NCBI GenBank assembly: GCA_035489575.1 | Contig: DATHJY010000004.1 | Coordinates: 91,483-155,482, forward strand | DNA: 64,000 nucleotides | DNA from: Verrucomicrobiia bacterium | GTDB taxonomy: Bacteria; Patescibacteriota; Saccharimonadia; Saccharimonadales; JAGQNK01 | Direction: 5' to 3' | Shown: positions 26,996-35,971 of the stretch, one piece after another | Position numbering within the stretch: position 1 is the first letter of the stretch | Layout of the letters: every line of letters starts with the position of its first letter | The notes under the pieces: generated by a model | What the model was told of the DNA's origin: nothing | Seen by the model: only the letters and a program-made list of their open reading frames with translations | Databases searched by the model: none | Translations under genes and position numbers: made by a program

Positions 26996-27713
26996 GTCTC
27001 GCCTTGACCATGCGCTGGTGGCCCGAGGTTTGGTACCAACGCGCAGTCAGGCAGAGAGCTACATACGTCTGGGCAAAGTGGTAGTAAATAAAAAGATTAT
27101 CACCAAGCCCGGCACCATGGTGTATGACGAAGATGTCATGAGGCTCACTACCAAAGAGCAGTATGTCAGCCGGGCGGGCCTAAAACTGTCCAGTGTTAGC
27201 AAGGCGTTGGGTCTGGATTTTCGGGACAAGGTCGTGCTGGACGTGGGCAGCAGTACTGGCGGCTTCACGGACTATGCATTGCAGCATGGCGCCCGGAAGG
27301 TGATTGCGATCGAGGTGGGCACCGACCAGCTGCACCACACCCTGCGCGGTGATGATCGGATTGAGCTGCATGAAAAGACCGATATCCGTGATGTGCGCGA
27401 ACTATCTGACGCGCCAGACGTAGTGGTTATAGATGTCTCGTTTATATCGTTGCGCGATATACTGCCCACGGTTGCAGCCCTGGGCACCAATAAAACAGAG
27501 GTGATTGCTATGGTAAAGCCGCAGTTTGAAGCCACCGAAAGCAGTCTGAAGCACAAGGGTGTGATCAAGAATGATGCAATGCGTCGCAAGATCCTGCAAG
27601 ACTTTGAGACATGGGCAAAAAGCGTGTTTGTTATTACCAACAAAGCCGATTCGGAAGTAGCTGGCGAGAAGGGGAACAAAGAGCGATTCTACCTGCTCAA
27701 GAAGTCCCGCTGA
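26988..27713 (+). CDS. tlyA: TlyA-family rRNA 2'-O-methyltransferase
   Basis: The in-frame ATG at 26988 gives MTKSRLDHALVARGLVPTRSQAESYIRLGKV (S4 domain), then VLDVGSSTGGFTD (FtsJ-like). Confidence 0.85.
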   Translation: MTKSRLDHALVARGLVPTRSQAESYIRLGKVVVNKKIITKPGTMVYDEDVMRLTTKEQYVSRAGLKLSSVSKALGLDFRDKVVLDVGSSTGGFTDYALQHGARKVIAIEVGTDQLHHTLRGDDRIELHEKTDIRDVRELSDAPDVVVIDVSFISLRDILPTVAALGTNKTEVIAMVKPQFEATESSLKHKGVIKNDAMRRKILQDFETWAKSVFVITNKADSEVAGEKGNKERFYLLKKSR

Positions 27714-27806
27714 TAGATAGTTGCCGATTGTGTGTCGGTCGCTTGACAGCGGCCGGCCCTTTTTATTACCGTAGAGTGACATCTAAAGAGAAGGGGTGAG
27801 ACGAGT

Positions 27807-28877
27807 ATGCACGAGCAAGAGGGGGTCTTGACGGCAATAGTAGGGAGTTATCCAAAACCGGAATACGTGTACGCCAACTCCGGCCGGGAGTTGCTGGACA
27901 GATTTGGGGGCGGCGCGTTCGCCGAGCGGAGGCAGGAAGTTGGTGATAAAGCGTTCGACGCGCTTTTGGACGAAGCGGCAGTCCAAGCGATTTCAGACCA
28001 AAACCAGGCAGGCATAGATATTATCACTGACGGTGAGGAACGGCGTGATCACTATGTGATGCACGTTGTCGATCGGATGGGGGGCGTTGACGCCGAAAAT
28101 CGCGCAAATACCTCGATACGCGGTGGCACGGCACATCGTCAGGCGCCGCGGGTGGTTGGGAGGCTGGCCCACCCGAGTGATCTGGTGGTGGACGAGTTCT
28201 TGTTCACTCAAGAAAGAGCCAAGGGCACGGCCAAGATTGGGCTACCCGGTCCCTCTACTGTTGCCGATTGTGTGGCAGACGAATTCTATGGCGACAAAGA
28301 GCAGCTAGCCTACGACTATGCTGCCGCTATCCGACACGAAGTCAAGGCTCTCATAGACGTTGGCTGCACTGCGATTCAGTTCGACGACCCAGTGCTACTA
28401 CGGTACCCAAACGAAGCCAAGGCGTGGGGGTTAGACGCCCTCGAGCAGTGTTTTGCTGGGTACGAACACATGGCGTCGTTCATTGTCCATATATGTTGCG
28501 GCTATCCGGACAGGCCGCTGGAAGCCCAAGGCGTTGCCTACAAGGCCGATTCTGGGTACTACCGCGACGTTTTGTCCTGGCTATCGGCCTCTACGCTGCA
28601 TGCCGTATCTATAGAGGGCGCCCAAAGTAATTTGGACGCATCAGTTCTTGACGCTATTGGCCAAAAAACGGTCATGCTTGGGGTGCTAGACGTCGGAGAC
28701 AATACCGTCGAGAGCGTAGACAATCTGGTGGCTCGCGGCCGCGAAGCGTTGGAATACTTGCCAAAAGAGCAACTTATCCTGGCGCCGGATTGCGGCATGG
28801 TACAAATCACTCAAGAGGCTGCCAAGGCCAAGTTGACCAACCTAGCTCTTGCGGCCAGGCAGTTGAACGAGGACTAA
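27807..28877 (+). CDS. cobalamin-independent methionine synthase-like (MetE C-terminal / Meth_synt_2 type)
   Basis: The Zn-ligand pattern VHICCGYP (His-x-Cys) and LAPDCGM (Cys) matches MetE catalytic-domain spacing. Confidence 0.8.
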   Translation: MHEQEGVLTAIVGSYPKPEYVYANSGRELLDRFGGGAFAERRQEVGDKAFDALLDEAAVQAISDQNQAGIDIITDGEERRDHYVMHVVDRMGGVDAENRANTSIRGGTAHRQAPRVVGRLAHPSDLVVDEFLFTQERAKGTAKIGLPGPSTVADCVADEFYGDKEQLAYDYAAAIRHEVKALIDVGCTAIQFDDPVLLRYPNEAKAWGLDALEQCFAGYEHMASFIVHICCGYPDRPLEAQGVAYKADSGYYRDVLSWLSASTLHAVSIEGAQSNLDASVLDAIGQKTVMLGVLDVGDNTVESVDNLVARGREALEYLPKEQLILAPDCGMVQITQEAAKAKLTNLALAARQLNED

Positions 28878-28902
28878 TTCCGATATATTTCATACTCTAA
28901 TA

Positions 28903-28931
28903 TTGACAAATAATAAAGCTTATGCTAAATT
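28903..28931 (+). promoter_or_regulatory. promoter (TTGACA-17-TAAATT with TATGCTAAATT extended -10)
   Basis: ttgaca at 28903-28908, then a 17-nt spacer. The -10 belongs to the recurrent TATGCTA motif. Confidence 0.4.
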
Positions 28932-29021
28932 ATCTATAGCAAGAGTAGATTGCTAAAACAAAAATAAAAAACATTTTATCAGGGATGGGGAACCTGTCCC
29001 TGATTTTAATGTACCCAAAAA

Positions 29022-30758
29022 ATGGCACACACAAACACCCTCCAGCAGCAACCTCTCCTAACCAGACAGCGTCTGGCTACTATCCGGCTCTGGACACTAC
29101 GCGCTCTGCGTACCATGGCGCTGGGTGTGATCCTGGCGACGGTCAGCAGCGTTGTGCTACAGCTGGCCTACCCCCGTTTTATGACTTTGCCCCAGACTCG
29201 TATTGGGGGCGAGGCAGTGGGTTTCAGGAATCGTCAGCAGCTATTTATAACGCTGGCCCACAAAGAGCAGGGAAACCTAAAAATTCAGAGCGGCGACCTA
29301 ACGCTTCAGCAAAAGCCCGCTGACGTAGGGCTTGGCTTTGATATCAACAAGGATATTCAGACTGCTACTCAGTACAGTTGGAAACAGCGGCTGGTACCGT
29401 TTTCTTTCTTTACCCAAGTACGCGATATTCCTCACTACAGTCTTAGGGTGGACGAGGCCAAGGCGCGTGCCTATGCACTCAGCCTAGCTGCCCATGACAG
29501 GGCACCCATAAATGCTGCCGTGAAGCTAGAGGGTACAAAGGTAACAATAGAGAAGGGGCAGGCCGGCTACAGCTTTGTCGAGAAAGACATGATGGCCGCC
29601 ATCCATGCCACAAAGCTGGATCGCGTCATGACGACGACTATTATTCCTCGGGTGGTCGAGCCGGAAATTCCAGAGTCTGTAGCAGTCGAGGCAGCCGGTA
29701 TTTTGCAGCAACGTTTGTCTAAGCCACTGACTGTCAAGGCTGCCGACAAGGAAGCTATCTTTGATGTGGCTACTATCGCCACCTGGACCAAGCTGACACC
29801 AGATCCTGCCAACAAGAAGTTGGTAGTCAGCTATGACCGCGAAAAAGTAAAAGCCGCACTGGCACCATTGGCTGCCAAAGTATATGTAGCCTCGGCCCCT
29901 CAGACGGCTACTTTGGTCGACGGAGCCATTGCTTCGCACAGTGGCGGTCAAGATGGTCGAGCCCTGAGCACAGATGCTACGGCCGATGCCATGGTAAAAG
30001 CCCTCAGCGAAAACAAGGAGAGCATTGAAGGTTCCGTACAGCCAGTGGTATTTGTGCAACGCGCTACCCGTACCTATACCCGCAGCAGCCGTGGTGTGCA
30101 GGCGCTTTTGGACTATTGGTCCCAGAGCAATGGCGGTCAGTGGGGCGTGGTGGTGCGCAATTTTGGGGGCGACATTTCGGCCAGCCACAATGGTAATAAA
30201 CAGTTTACAAGCGCCAGCGTATACAAAATTTATATCGCCTACGTGGTGTATACCAAGGTAAATGGCGGCCAGATGAGCATGGACAGTGCGACTGGCAACG
30301 GTCAGTCGGTGGCTAGTTGTATGGAGCTCATGATCGTTCGCTCGGACAATGGCTGCGCAACTGCACTGGGCGACATGATTGGGTGGGGTGCCAGCAACGG
30401 CATGTTGTATGCCAAAGGCTTTAATTCGACCACTATTGCCTACGGCGGGCAAGTTACCACGCCTAACGATGTCGCCAACTATTTGTTTGCGCTAGAATCT
30501 GGCGGTCTGCTCAGTGGTGCGCACCGAAGCGATATGTTGTCTAAGATGGGGCGGGGTATTTACCGCTACGCCATTCCGGCTGGCTCGCCTGGCATGCATG
30601 TTGCCAATAAGCTGGGAGCACTCGGCGCCTATAACCATGATGTTGCGATTGTGTACCATCCCAAAGGTGCCTATGTATTGTCGGTATTTACGACTGGGTC
30701 TAGCCATGCAAAGATCCGTGAACTCGCCGCCCAAATAAACGCTCTGCTCAATCAATAA
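29022..30758 (+). CDS. membrane-anchored protein with C-terminal class A beta-lactamase-like serine hydrolase domain
   Basis: N-terminal TM helix. The C-terminal domain has SxxK (SVYK), SDN (VRSDNG) and a KTG-like motif (NKLGA). Confidence 0.65.
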   Translation: MAHTNTLQQQPLLTRQRLATIRLWTLRALRTMALGVILATVSSVVLQLAYPRFMTLPQTRIGGEAVGFRNRQQLFITLAHKEQGNLKIQSGDLTLQQKPADVGLGFDINKDIQTATQYSWKQRLVPFSFFTQVRDIPHYSLRVDEAKARAYALSLAAHDRAPINAAVKLEGTKVTIEKGQAGYSFVEKDMMAAIHATKLDRVMTTTIIPRVVEPEIPESVAVEAAGILQQRLSKPLTVKAADKEAIFDVATIATWTKLTPDPANKKLVVSYDREKVKAALAPLAAKVYVASAPQTATLVDGAIASHSGGQDGRALSTDATADAMVKALSENKESIEGSVQPVVFVQRATRTYTRSSRGVQALLDYWSQSNGGQWGVVVRNFGGDISASHNGNKQFTSASVYKIYIAYVVYTKVNGGQMSMDSATGNGQSVASCMELMIVRSDNGCATALGDMIGWGASNGMLYAKGFNSTTIAYGGQVTTPNDVANYLFALESGGLLSGAHRSDMLSKMGRGIYRYAIPAGSPGMHVANKLGALGAYNHDVAIVYHPKGAYVLSVFTTGSSHAKIRELAAQINALLNQ

Positions 30759-30815
30759 TTTTGTGTAATAGACAACAGAGAATATTCCCCTCTCAAATAT
30801 GCTAAACTTCAAGAA

Positions 30816-31508
30816 ATGTACTTCAAGAGTAGAGCAGAGGCCGGGCGTATGCTGGCCGCCAAACTAACCGCGTATAGCAACTCCAATACGGTGGTGATCG
30901 CACTGACACCTGGTGCAGTTATCGTTGGCGCCCAGATAGCTATGGAGATACACGCCACGCTCATGATGCTCTTGACCGAGAACATCACCCTACCGGGCGA
31001 GAACGACCCGCTGGCGGCGATATCATCTGATAATACCTTTACCTACAACAACAAGTTTTCTACCGGCGAGATAGAGGAAATGCATGACGAGTACCTGGGC
31101 TTTATCGAGAGCCAGCGGCTGGAACATTTGCACCACCTGCATGCTTTGTTGGGCCATGGTGGTGAGATCCATCGTGAACTGCTACGGCATAAAGTAGTTA
31201 TCTTGGTGTCCGATGGTCTGAGCAGTGGCTTTTCGTTGGATATTGCATCTGATTACCTAAAGGCCATACACATCAAGAAATTGATCGTTGTAACCCCCAT
31301 AGCCAGCGTGGCTGCGGTGGACAAAATGCACCTGGTTGGTGACGAGTTGATCTGCCTAAGCGTTATAGAGAACTACATGGAGACCAACCACTACTATGAC
31401 GACAACACCATTCCCGACACCCAAGGGCTGGTGAAGATCCTCATGACCACCCCGGTCAACTGGGTACAGCGAACAGATCCGCCCAAACCGCCTACGAAGA
31501 CTTCTTGA
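30816..31508 (+). CDS. phosphoribosyltransferase-family protein
   Basis: VVILVSDGLSSGFS resembles the PRPP-binding loop of type I PRTases. Confidence 0.55.
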   Translation: MYFKSRAEAGRMLAAKLTAYSNSNTVVIALTPGAVIVGAQIAMEIHATLMMLLTENITLPGENDPLAAISSDNTFTYNNKFSTGEIEEMHDEYLGFIESQRLEHLHHLHALLGHGGEIHRELLRHKVVILVSDGLSSGFSLDIASDYLKAIHIKKLIVVTPIASVAAVDKMHLVGDELICLSVIENYMETNHYYDDNTIPDTQGLVKILMTTPVNWVQRTDPPKPPTKTS

Positions 31509-31896
31509 TTCCTATAGGACCTAGGTGAGTTACATGGAATCTCTCGTGCTTCAGGCCGAATCCCAGTGCTCGGTCCAGGCTAATATGAGCGTTCCAGGCT
31601 AGCATGGCGAGGGTAAGTTCTGTAAATCCACCGAACAATCCAATGATCAGTAGGACACGGGGAACGATATAGCTATGTCCCAGGTTATACGCCAGCCCGC
31701 CGATGTGATTGTTGACTAGGTAGCCCAGCATAAACAGGTCAATGCTCACAAATATAGCCGCAAAAAGCCACCAGTTGCCACCCAGCGTGCGAAAGGCATA
31801 TGTGGTGATAATGAGCACCAAAAAACATTCCGCGCGGAGCACCAGACTACTTCTCTTTGTCGCCCAAGGTTTTTTGGCTAGTGCTTGGTCCATCAT
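31492..31896 (-). CDS. DUF4260-like small membrane protein
   Basis: Hydrophobic, with the motifs LGHSYIVP and HISLDRALGFGLK. Start taken at the tandem Met (MMDQ) rather than the longer track ORF. Confidence 0.5.
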   Translation of the reverse strand: MMDQALAKKPWATKRSSLVLRAECFLVLIITTYAFRTLGGNWWLFAAIFVSIDLFMLGYLVNNHIGGLAYNLGHSYIVPRVLLIIGLFGGFTELTLAMLAWNAHISLDRALGFGLKHERFHVTHLGPIGIKKSS

Positions 31897-31986
31897 TACT
31901 ATCTTACACGTCATAGAGCAGATCTTGGGGTATATTGTTGGTTGCACTATATTGCAATTAATACAATATTATGTTATATTAATACA

Positions 31987-33048
31987 GTGCAAGATGAAAC
32001 AGAAACAACTGCAAAAACACCGCAGCATGAAATTTTTGCTTCTCCCGATAGAGACCTGACACTATATCTTACGGTTAGCGAAGAGCTAGGTTCGGTGGCC
32101 CTGAAGAATGAAGCCGCAGAGCACGCGCTAGACATTTGGCGGGCCAACACTAACGAAATCTTAGAATTTCCTTCTGTAGAAGAAGGTTTGGATATGGACG
32201 GCATTCGTGCTGCCCGTGAGCGCATGGGTGTTACCGAGAGACCACTGCGATTTCTTTCGCCAGAAGATTACCAGAGCGTTCTTACTCTCCTTGAGGATTC
32301 GGAGGATCATAGTAGTGGACGATATCTTTATAATCAAGACGTACTTCTTGTGAAGCGCGACCCATCGCTAGAGGCGCTTAACGGCCCTGGGTATACCGAG
32401 AGTCTGGCTGTTCATGAAATGGCCCATAGTGGGATGTCCATTAGTTTGACTGCGAATGTCGACATTAAGCGCGGCATCGTTGACGGCATCGAGCAGCAAT
32501 ACGTCACTGGTGGTATCGAGCAGCATCCGACTCGTGCCGGCTTTATCGTTAAGGGCCCTGAGACACAAGAGGGGAAAGAGAGAAAAATACATGGGAGTGC
32601 CCTGGAAGAAGGGTATGCAGAGTTAGAGCGAGGCATCTTTAACATAAGCATAGGCAGGCCCAACGGTTTCGGGGTTGCCGGACAAGAAGATGGTTATGAC
32701 CCTTACGCCAAATACTCAGTGCTATCCAAAACGGAAAAAGGGGAAGTGCAGTCTAGTGACACACCTGGCGCCTCCGTCGCGGTGATATTAGAGGTATTGA
32801 TAGAAAAAGATCCAGAAATACTGGATGCGCTTAGGCGTCGTAACTTAGGCGGTCGTGATTCGGTTGACGGCCATAGAGAGTTTATACAGAGGGTCAATCA
32901 TCTTGTGCCTGGACTATATAAAAAGCTGAGACAGCTTAACCATCATGATAAATATTTCAGCACACGAGCAAGGGAATTGTATGATGACACGTTGGTTGAT
33001 CTGGACCTCGACCTCGATCCAAAGTACAAAAATAGACCTATACGTTAA
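31987..33048 (+). CDS. HExxH-motif protein, gluzincin-like (about 353 aa), paralog group member 2
   Basis: LAVHEMAHSG is followed by SALEEGYAELE, resembling the MA-clan third-ligand helix. The start is uncertain (GTG 31987 or TTG 31942). The 3' end overlaps ychF by 11 nt, convergently. Confidence 0.55.
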   Translation: MQDETETTAKTPQHEIFASPDRDLTLYLTVSEELGSVALKNEAAEHALDIWRANTNEILEFPSVEEGLDMDGIRAARERMGVTERPLRFLSPEDYQSVLTLLEDSEDHSSGRYLYNQDVLLVKRDPSLEALNGPGYTESLAVHEMAHSGMSISLTANVDIKRGIVDGIEQQYVTGGIEQHPTRAGFIVKGPETQEGKERKIHGSALEEGYAELERGIFNISIGRPNGFGVAGQEDGYDPYAKYSVLSKTEKGEVQSSDTPGASVAVILEVLIEKDPEILDALRRRNLGGRDSVDGHREFIQRVNHLVPGLYKKLRQLNHHDKYFSTRARELYDDTLVDLDLDLDPKYKNRPIR

Positions 33049-34117
33049 ACCGAAACTCCACAACATCATCAGGTTGCATGATATAGGTTTTGCCCTCGGT
33101 ACGGACCTTGCCCGCGGCCTTGGCGGCAGCTTCCGAGCCAGCAGCTAGTAGGTCGTGATAGTCGACAATCTGGGCGGCGATAAACCCACGCTCGAAATCG
33201 CCGTGAATAACACCGGCGGCTTGCGGGGCGGTAGCGCCTTTGCGTACGGTCCAGGCCCGTACCTCTTGCTCGCCTGCGGTCAGGTAGCTTTGCAGACCCA
33301 GTGTGTCATAGGCGGTATGGGTCAGCTGTACCAGACCGGACTGGTGTACGCCGTAACTCTCTAGCAGTTCGCTGCGGTCTGTGTCGTCCAGGCCCTTTAG
33401 CTCAGATTCTAATTTGGCACATACAAAGACTGCCTGCGCGGGCTTTACCATATCAGACAGCTGCTGCTTCTTGGATTCATCTGCCAGCGCTTCTTCGTCG
33501 ACGTTGAACAAGTAAATAATCGGCTTGGCTGTCAGAAGCTGCAGGTCTGCAATGTGCTCCATGTCCAGGCCGTCTAGGGCAGACAGGGGCGTCCCTTCAT
33601 TAAGCGTGTCGTGAACCATCTGCAGCGTTTCGGCCAGGGGCCGTAGCTTGGGGTTGGCCCGGGCTTCTTTGTCTACGCGGGGCAGGCGCTTCTGGACGGT
33701 TTGCAGGTCTGCTAGCACCAGTTCGGTGTTGATGACGTCTATGTCTTTCTGGGGGTCATGCTGGTCGTCCACATGTTGCACGTTGGGGTCGCTAAAGGCC
33801 CGCACCACATGACAAATAGCATTGCAGCTCCGGATATTGGCCAGGAACTGGTTGCCCAGGCCCTCGCCCTGAGAGGCGCCAGCCACCAGACCGGCTATGT
33901 CAACAAAGGTAACCGTTGCGGGCACTATTTTTTTGCTGTTATACAGGTCGGCTAATTTCTGCAGCCTGTTGTCTGGCAAGGGGACAATGCCAGTGTTGGG
34001 TTCTATGGTGGCAAAAGGATAATTGGCTGCCAAAATGTCGTTGTCAGTCAGGGCGTTGAACAGCGTAGACTTGCCAACATTTGGCAGACCCACAATTCCA
34101 ATTTGAAGTGAACTCAT
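33038..34117 (-). CDS. ychF: ribosome-binding ATPase YchF
   Basis: IGIVGLPNVGKSTLFNALT P-loop, a TGS-like C-terminus and a length of 359 aa. Confidence 0.95.
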   Translation of the reverse strand: MSSLQIGIVGLPNVGKSTLFNALTDNDILAANYPFATIEPNTGIVPLPDNRLQKLADLYNSKKIVPATVTFVDIAGLVAGASQGEGLGNQFLANIRSCNAICHVVRAFSDPNVQHVDDQHDPQKDIDVINTELVLADLQTVQKRLPRVDKEARANPKLRPLAETLQMVHDTLNEGTPLSALDGLDMEHIADLQLLTAKPIIYLFNVDEEALADESKKQQLSDMVKPAQAVFVCAKLESELKGLDDTDRSELLESYGVHQSGLVQLTHTAYDTLGLQSYLTAGEQEVRAWTVRKGATAPQAAGVIHGDFERGFIAAQIVDYHDLLAAGSEAAAKAAGKVRTEGKTYIMQPDDVVEFRFNV

Positions 34118-34125
34118 ATGTAGCT

Positions 34126-34176
34126 ATTCTAACAGAGGTAGCGCTAGTTGACAAATAAGCATAAGTGTGATAATAT
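34126..34176. promoter_or_regulatory. back-to-back divergent promoters with overlapping -35 boxes
   Basis: Plus strand: ttgaca (34148-34153), 17 nt, taatat (34171-34176). Minus strand: ttgtca (complement of 34149-34154), 17 nt, TGtTAGAAT (complement of 34126-34134). The -10 ends 8 nt before the ychF ATG. Confidence 0.5.
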
Positions 34177-34200
34177 GAAATTGTTAATCCAAAACAAAAA

Positions 34201-35067
34201 ATGGCAGAACCTGTACCGCATTCATTAACTCCTCCCGAAGCCCTAACTCTTAGGGTAGATAGTCTTGATACTCAACAGGGTATTGGGGGTGGTGACTTGG
34301 ATAATGAAGCTAACCGCACAGCAGAATCTATCCTCGGTGCACATATGCCAGCGTATGACCACTATGTAGGTGCTGCTCGTGATTTTGTAGCAGATAAGCT
34401 AGGGATGACAGACGTGTCTTCCGTGGATCGTACGGCAGTGTTACCTGCCGAAACTGCCGAAGCCTGGGGTGTTGGAAGCAGTGGCGGGCACTATTTACCA
34501 GAACTTGAAGTGGCATATGTTTTTGAACAATCAAGCGGAAGGCCCAAAACTGACAAACTGATTTTAGCATCTAGTCTTGTGCACGAACTTGCTCACTCGG
34601 CTACGGTTACGCCAGAAAATGCTAGAAGCGAAAATCCTTTTTATCACGAAGCCCTTGCGGGAATGGCTGAATACTTTGCCCTGCAAAATCTGGCAGAAGC
34701 GGGAGAGTTTGATCCAGCACCTGATACAACCGTTACCAGGACAGTCGGCGGGGAAGACATTACAATAGTTGTTCCAGGAAGTTTCCGTAGAGTTGATGCT
34801 TCGGAAGTGAAGGATGGACAGGCAGATAGTACACAAGCACTCATCGCAGCAATGGTTGTGGGTATGGGATTAAAAATAAACGGACAGTCAGCCAAAGAAC
34901 TTCTAGGTTTAGCCAGAAGGGGTGATAACGCAGCGTACGATGCAATGCGGAATGCTATGGCAAGTATTGACCCAACACTCGTAGAAGACATATTACAGAC
35001 ATCAGGTTCAACGGATGAAATTATCAAGGTTGCTCATAAAGCCCAAAAAATTGTTGAAATGATTTAG
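34201..35067 (+). CDS. HExxH-motif protein, gluzincin-like (288 aa), paralog group member 3
   Basis: LVHELAHSA is followed by FYHEALAGMAEYFA (EGxAxY-like helix). No signal peptide. Confidence 0.6.
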   Translation: MAEPVPHSLTPPEALTLRVDSLDTQQGIGGGDLDNEANRTAESILGAHMPAYDHYVGAARDFVADKLGMTDVSSVDRTAVLPAETAEAWGVGSSGGHYLPELEVAYVFEQSSGRPKTDKLILASSLVHELAHSATVTPENARSENPFYHEALAGMAEYFALQNLAEAGEFDPAPDTTVTRTVGGEDITIVVPGSFRRVDASEVKDGQADSTQALIAAMVVGMGLKINGQSAKELLGLARRGDNAAYDAMRNAMASIDPTLVEDILQTSGSTDEIIKVAHKAQKIVEMI

Positions 35068-35103
35068 AATAGCCGCGCTTGTTTTGTAGTTTGGGCATAC
35101 GGA

Positions 35104-35190
35104 GTTTTAGCTCAAAAGGCAATTGGGTTAAAGCTTTAGTATGCCTATAGATAAACTCATACAATGTCTATTCTAACAGAGGTAGCGCTA
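35104..35190 (-). pseudogene. decayed copy of ychF promoter + first codons (copy B)
   Basis: Shares the exact 23-mer ctattctaacagaggtagcgcta with the real ychF upstream region (34124-34146). The minus strand reads ATGAGTTTATCTATAGGCATACTAAAGCTTTAA = MSLSIGILKL*, compared with YchF MSSLQIGIVGL. Confidence 0.55.
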
Positions 35191-35283
35191 AAGAACAAAA
35201 AAGACATTCCACTGCAAAATCCCATTCAGCGGGGTGAAACCTCTATACCTATACCCTAAACTTCACTTCAGTTATTGATATGT

Positions 35284-35311
35284 ATGTATACATAATATAC
35301 AATGTATACAT
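35284..35311 (+). promoter_or_regulatory. two copies of 10-bp palindrome ATGTATACAT (putative vapBC operator)
   Basis: atgtatacat occurs at 35284-35293 and 35302-35311, 18 bp centre to centre. The second copy overlaps the vapB ATG. Confidence 0.5.
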
Positions 35312-35561
35312 GTCTAAAATTCAGTATACTATTAGGAATATCCCGCCTGCAGTCGATACTGTTATCCGGAAACGATCCCAGCAAAGCGGAAAGTCGTTTA
35401 ACCAGACTGTGGTAGATTTATTGTCTTTGCAGACATTTGGGACTACAGAGATACCCCTCGACAACAATTTTGATTGGCTCTACAACAAAAATACTCTTGA
35501 TGAGTCATTCGATGAAGCAATTGAAGATCTATCTCAAGTAGATGAGAAGCTCTGGCAATGA
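35310..35561 (+). CDS. vapB: antitoxin, ribbon-helix-helix/FitA-like (VapB-type)
   Basis: MSKIQYTIRNIPPAVDTVIRKRSQQSGKSFNQTVVDLL is typical of an RHH antitoxin N-terminus. The stop overlaps the vapC start (ATGA). Confidence 0.7.
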   Translation: MSKIQYTIRNIPPAVDTVIRKRSQQSGKSFNQTVVDLLSLQTFGTTEIPLDNNFDWLYNKNTLDESFDEAIEDLSQVDEKLWQ

Positions 35562-35956
35562 CAGGTGCTCAGTTCGTGCTTGATACCAGTGCATATTCTG
35601 GCTTTAACCGTGGTGACAAGCGACTCAAGACTTGGCTCCATGCCGACAATCAAATAGTCGTGCCCTTAGTGGTGATAGGTGAGTTGCGTGCTGGGTTTTC
35701 TCTGGGGACTAAACGCAAGGAGAACGAAGAACTACTACAAAAACTCCTGGATAGTCCAAATGTCATTACAGCCACAATAACTGACAAAACAACTATATTA
35801 TTCGCGGAAATATATCGCCGGCTTCGACAAGCCGGGACGCCAATCGGCACTAACGATATGTGGATAGCGGCGCTCGCATTGGAGCATGACAGTCTGCTCT
35901 TGACGCTCGACTCGGATTTTTATCGAGTCCCAGATCTTTTGGTAGCAAAGCTTTAA
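35558..35956 (+). CDS. vapC: PIN-domain ribonuclease toxin VapC
   Basis: FVLDTSA, IGELRAG, GTNDMWIAA and TLDSDF give the conserved acidic quartet of PIN domains. Confidence 0.85.
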   Translation: MTGAQFVLDTSAYSGFNRGDKRLKTWLHADNQIVVPLVVIGELRAGFSLGTKRKENEELLQKLLDSPNVITATITDKTTILFAEIYRRLRQAGTPIGTNDMWIAALALEHDSLLLTLDSDFYRVPDLLVAKL

Positions 35957-35971
35957 CTTATTGTATACACT

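Noticed and set aside
27721-28274. Exact 14-mer ttgccgattgtgtg in the 5' UTR of the MetE-like gene (27721-27734) and again inside its coding region (28261-28274).
   Set aside because: By my estimate, exact 14-mer repeats are expected several times by chance in 64 kb (about 2e9 pairs against 2.7e8 possible 14-mers). No extended similarity or complementarity surrounds them.
28985-29323. A 112-aa ORF overlapping the start of the beta-lactamase-like gene in another frame, and the hairpin atcaggga...tccctgat (28979-29006) just upstream.
   Set aside because: The 578-aa frame has a TM helix and clear serine-hydrolase motifs, whereas the alternative frame is low-complexity. The hairpin is noted but is too short to assign a function.
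29526-30452. Long antisense or alternative-frame ORFs. Examples are 29526-30452 (308 aa), 18118-18705, 18911-19477, 3554-4078, 15365-16036, 8249-8842 and 20702-21178.
   Set aside because: Each lies entirely within and opposite, or out of frame with, a gene that has clear family motifs. Their products are low-complexity (Arg/Ser/Pro/Gly-rich), typical of shadow ORFs in GC- or proline-codon-rich DNA.
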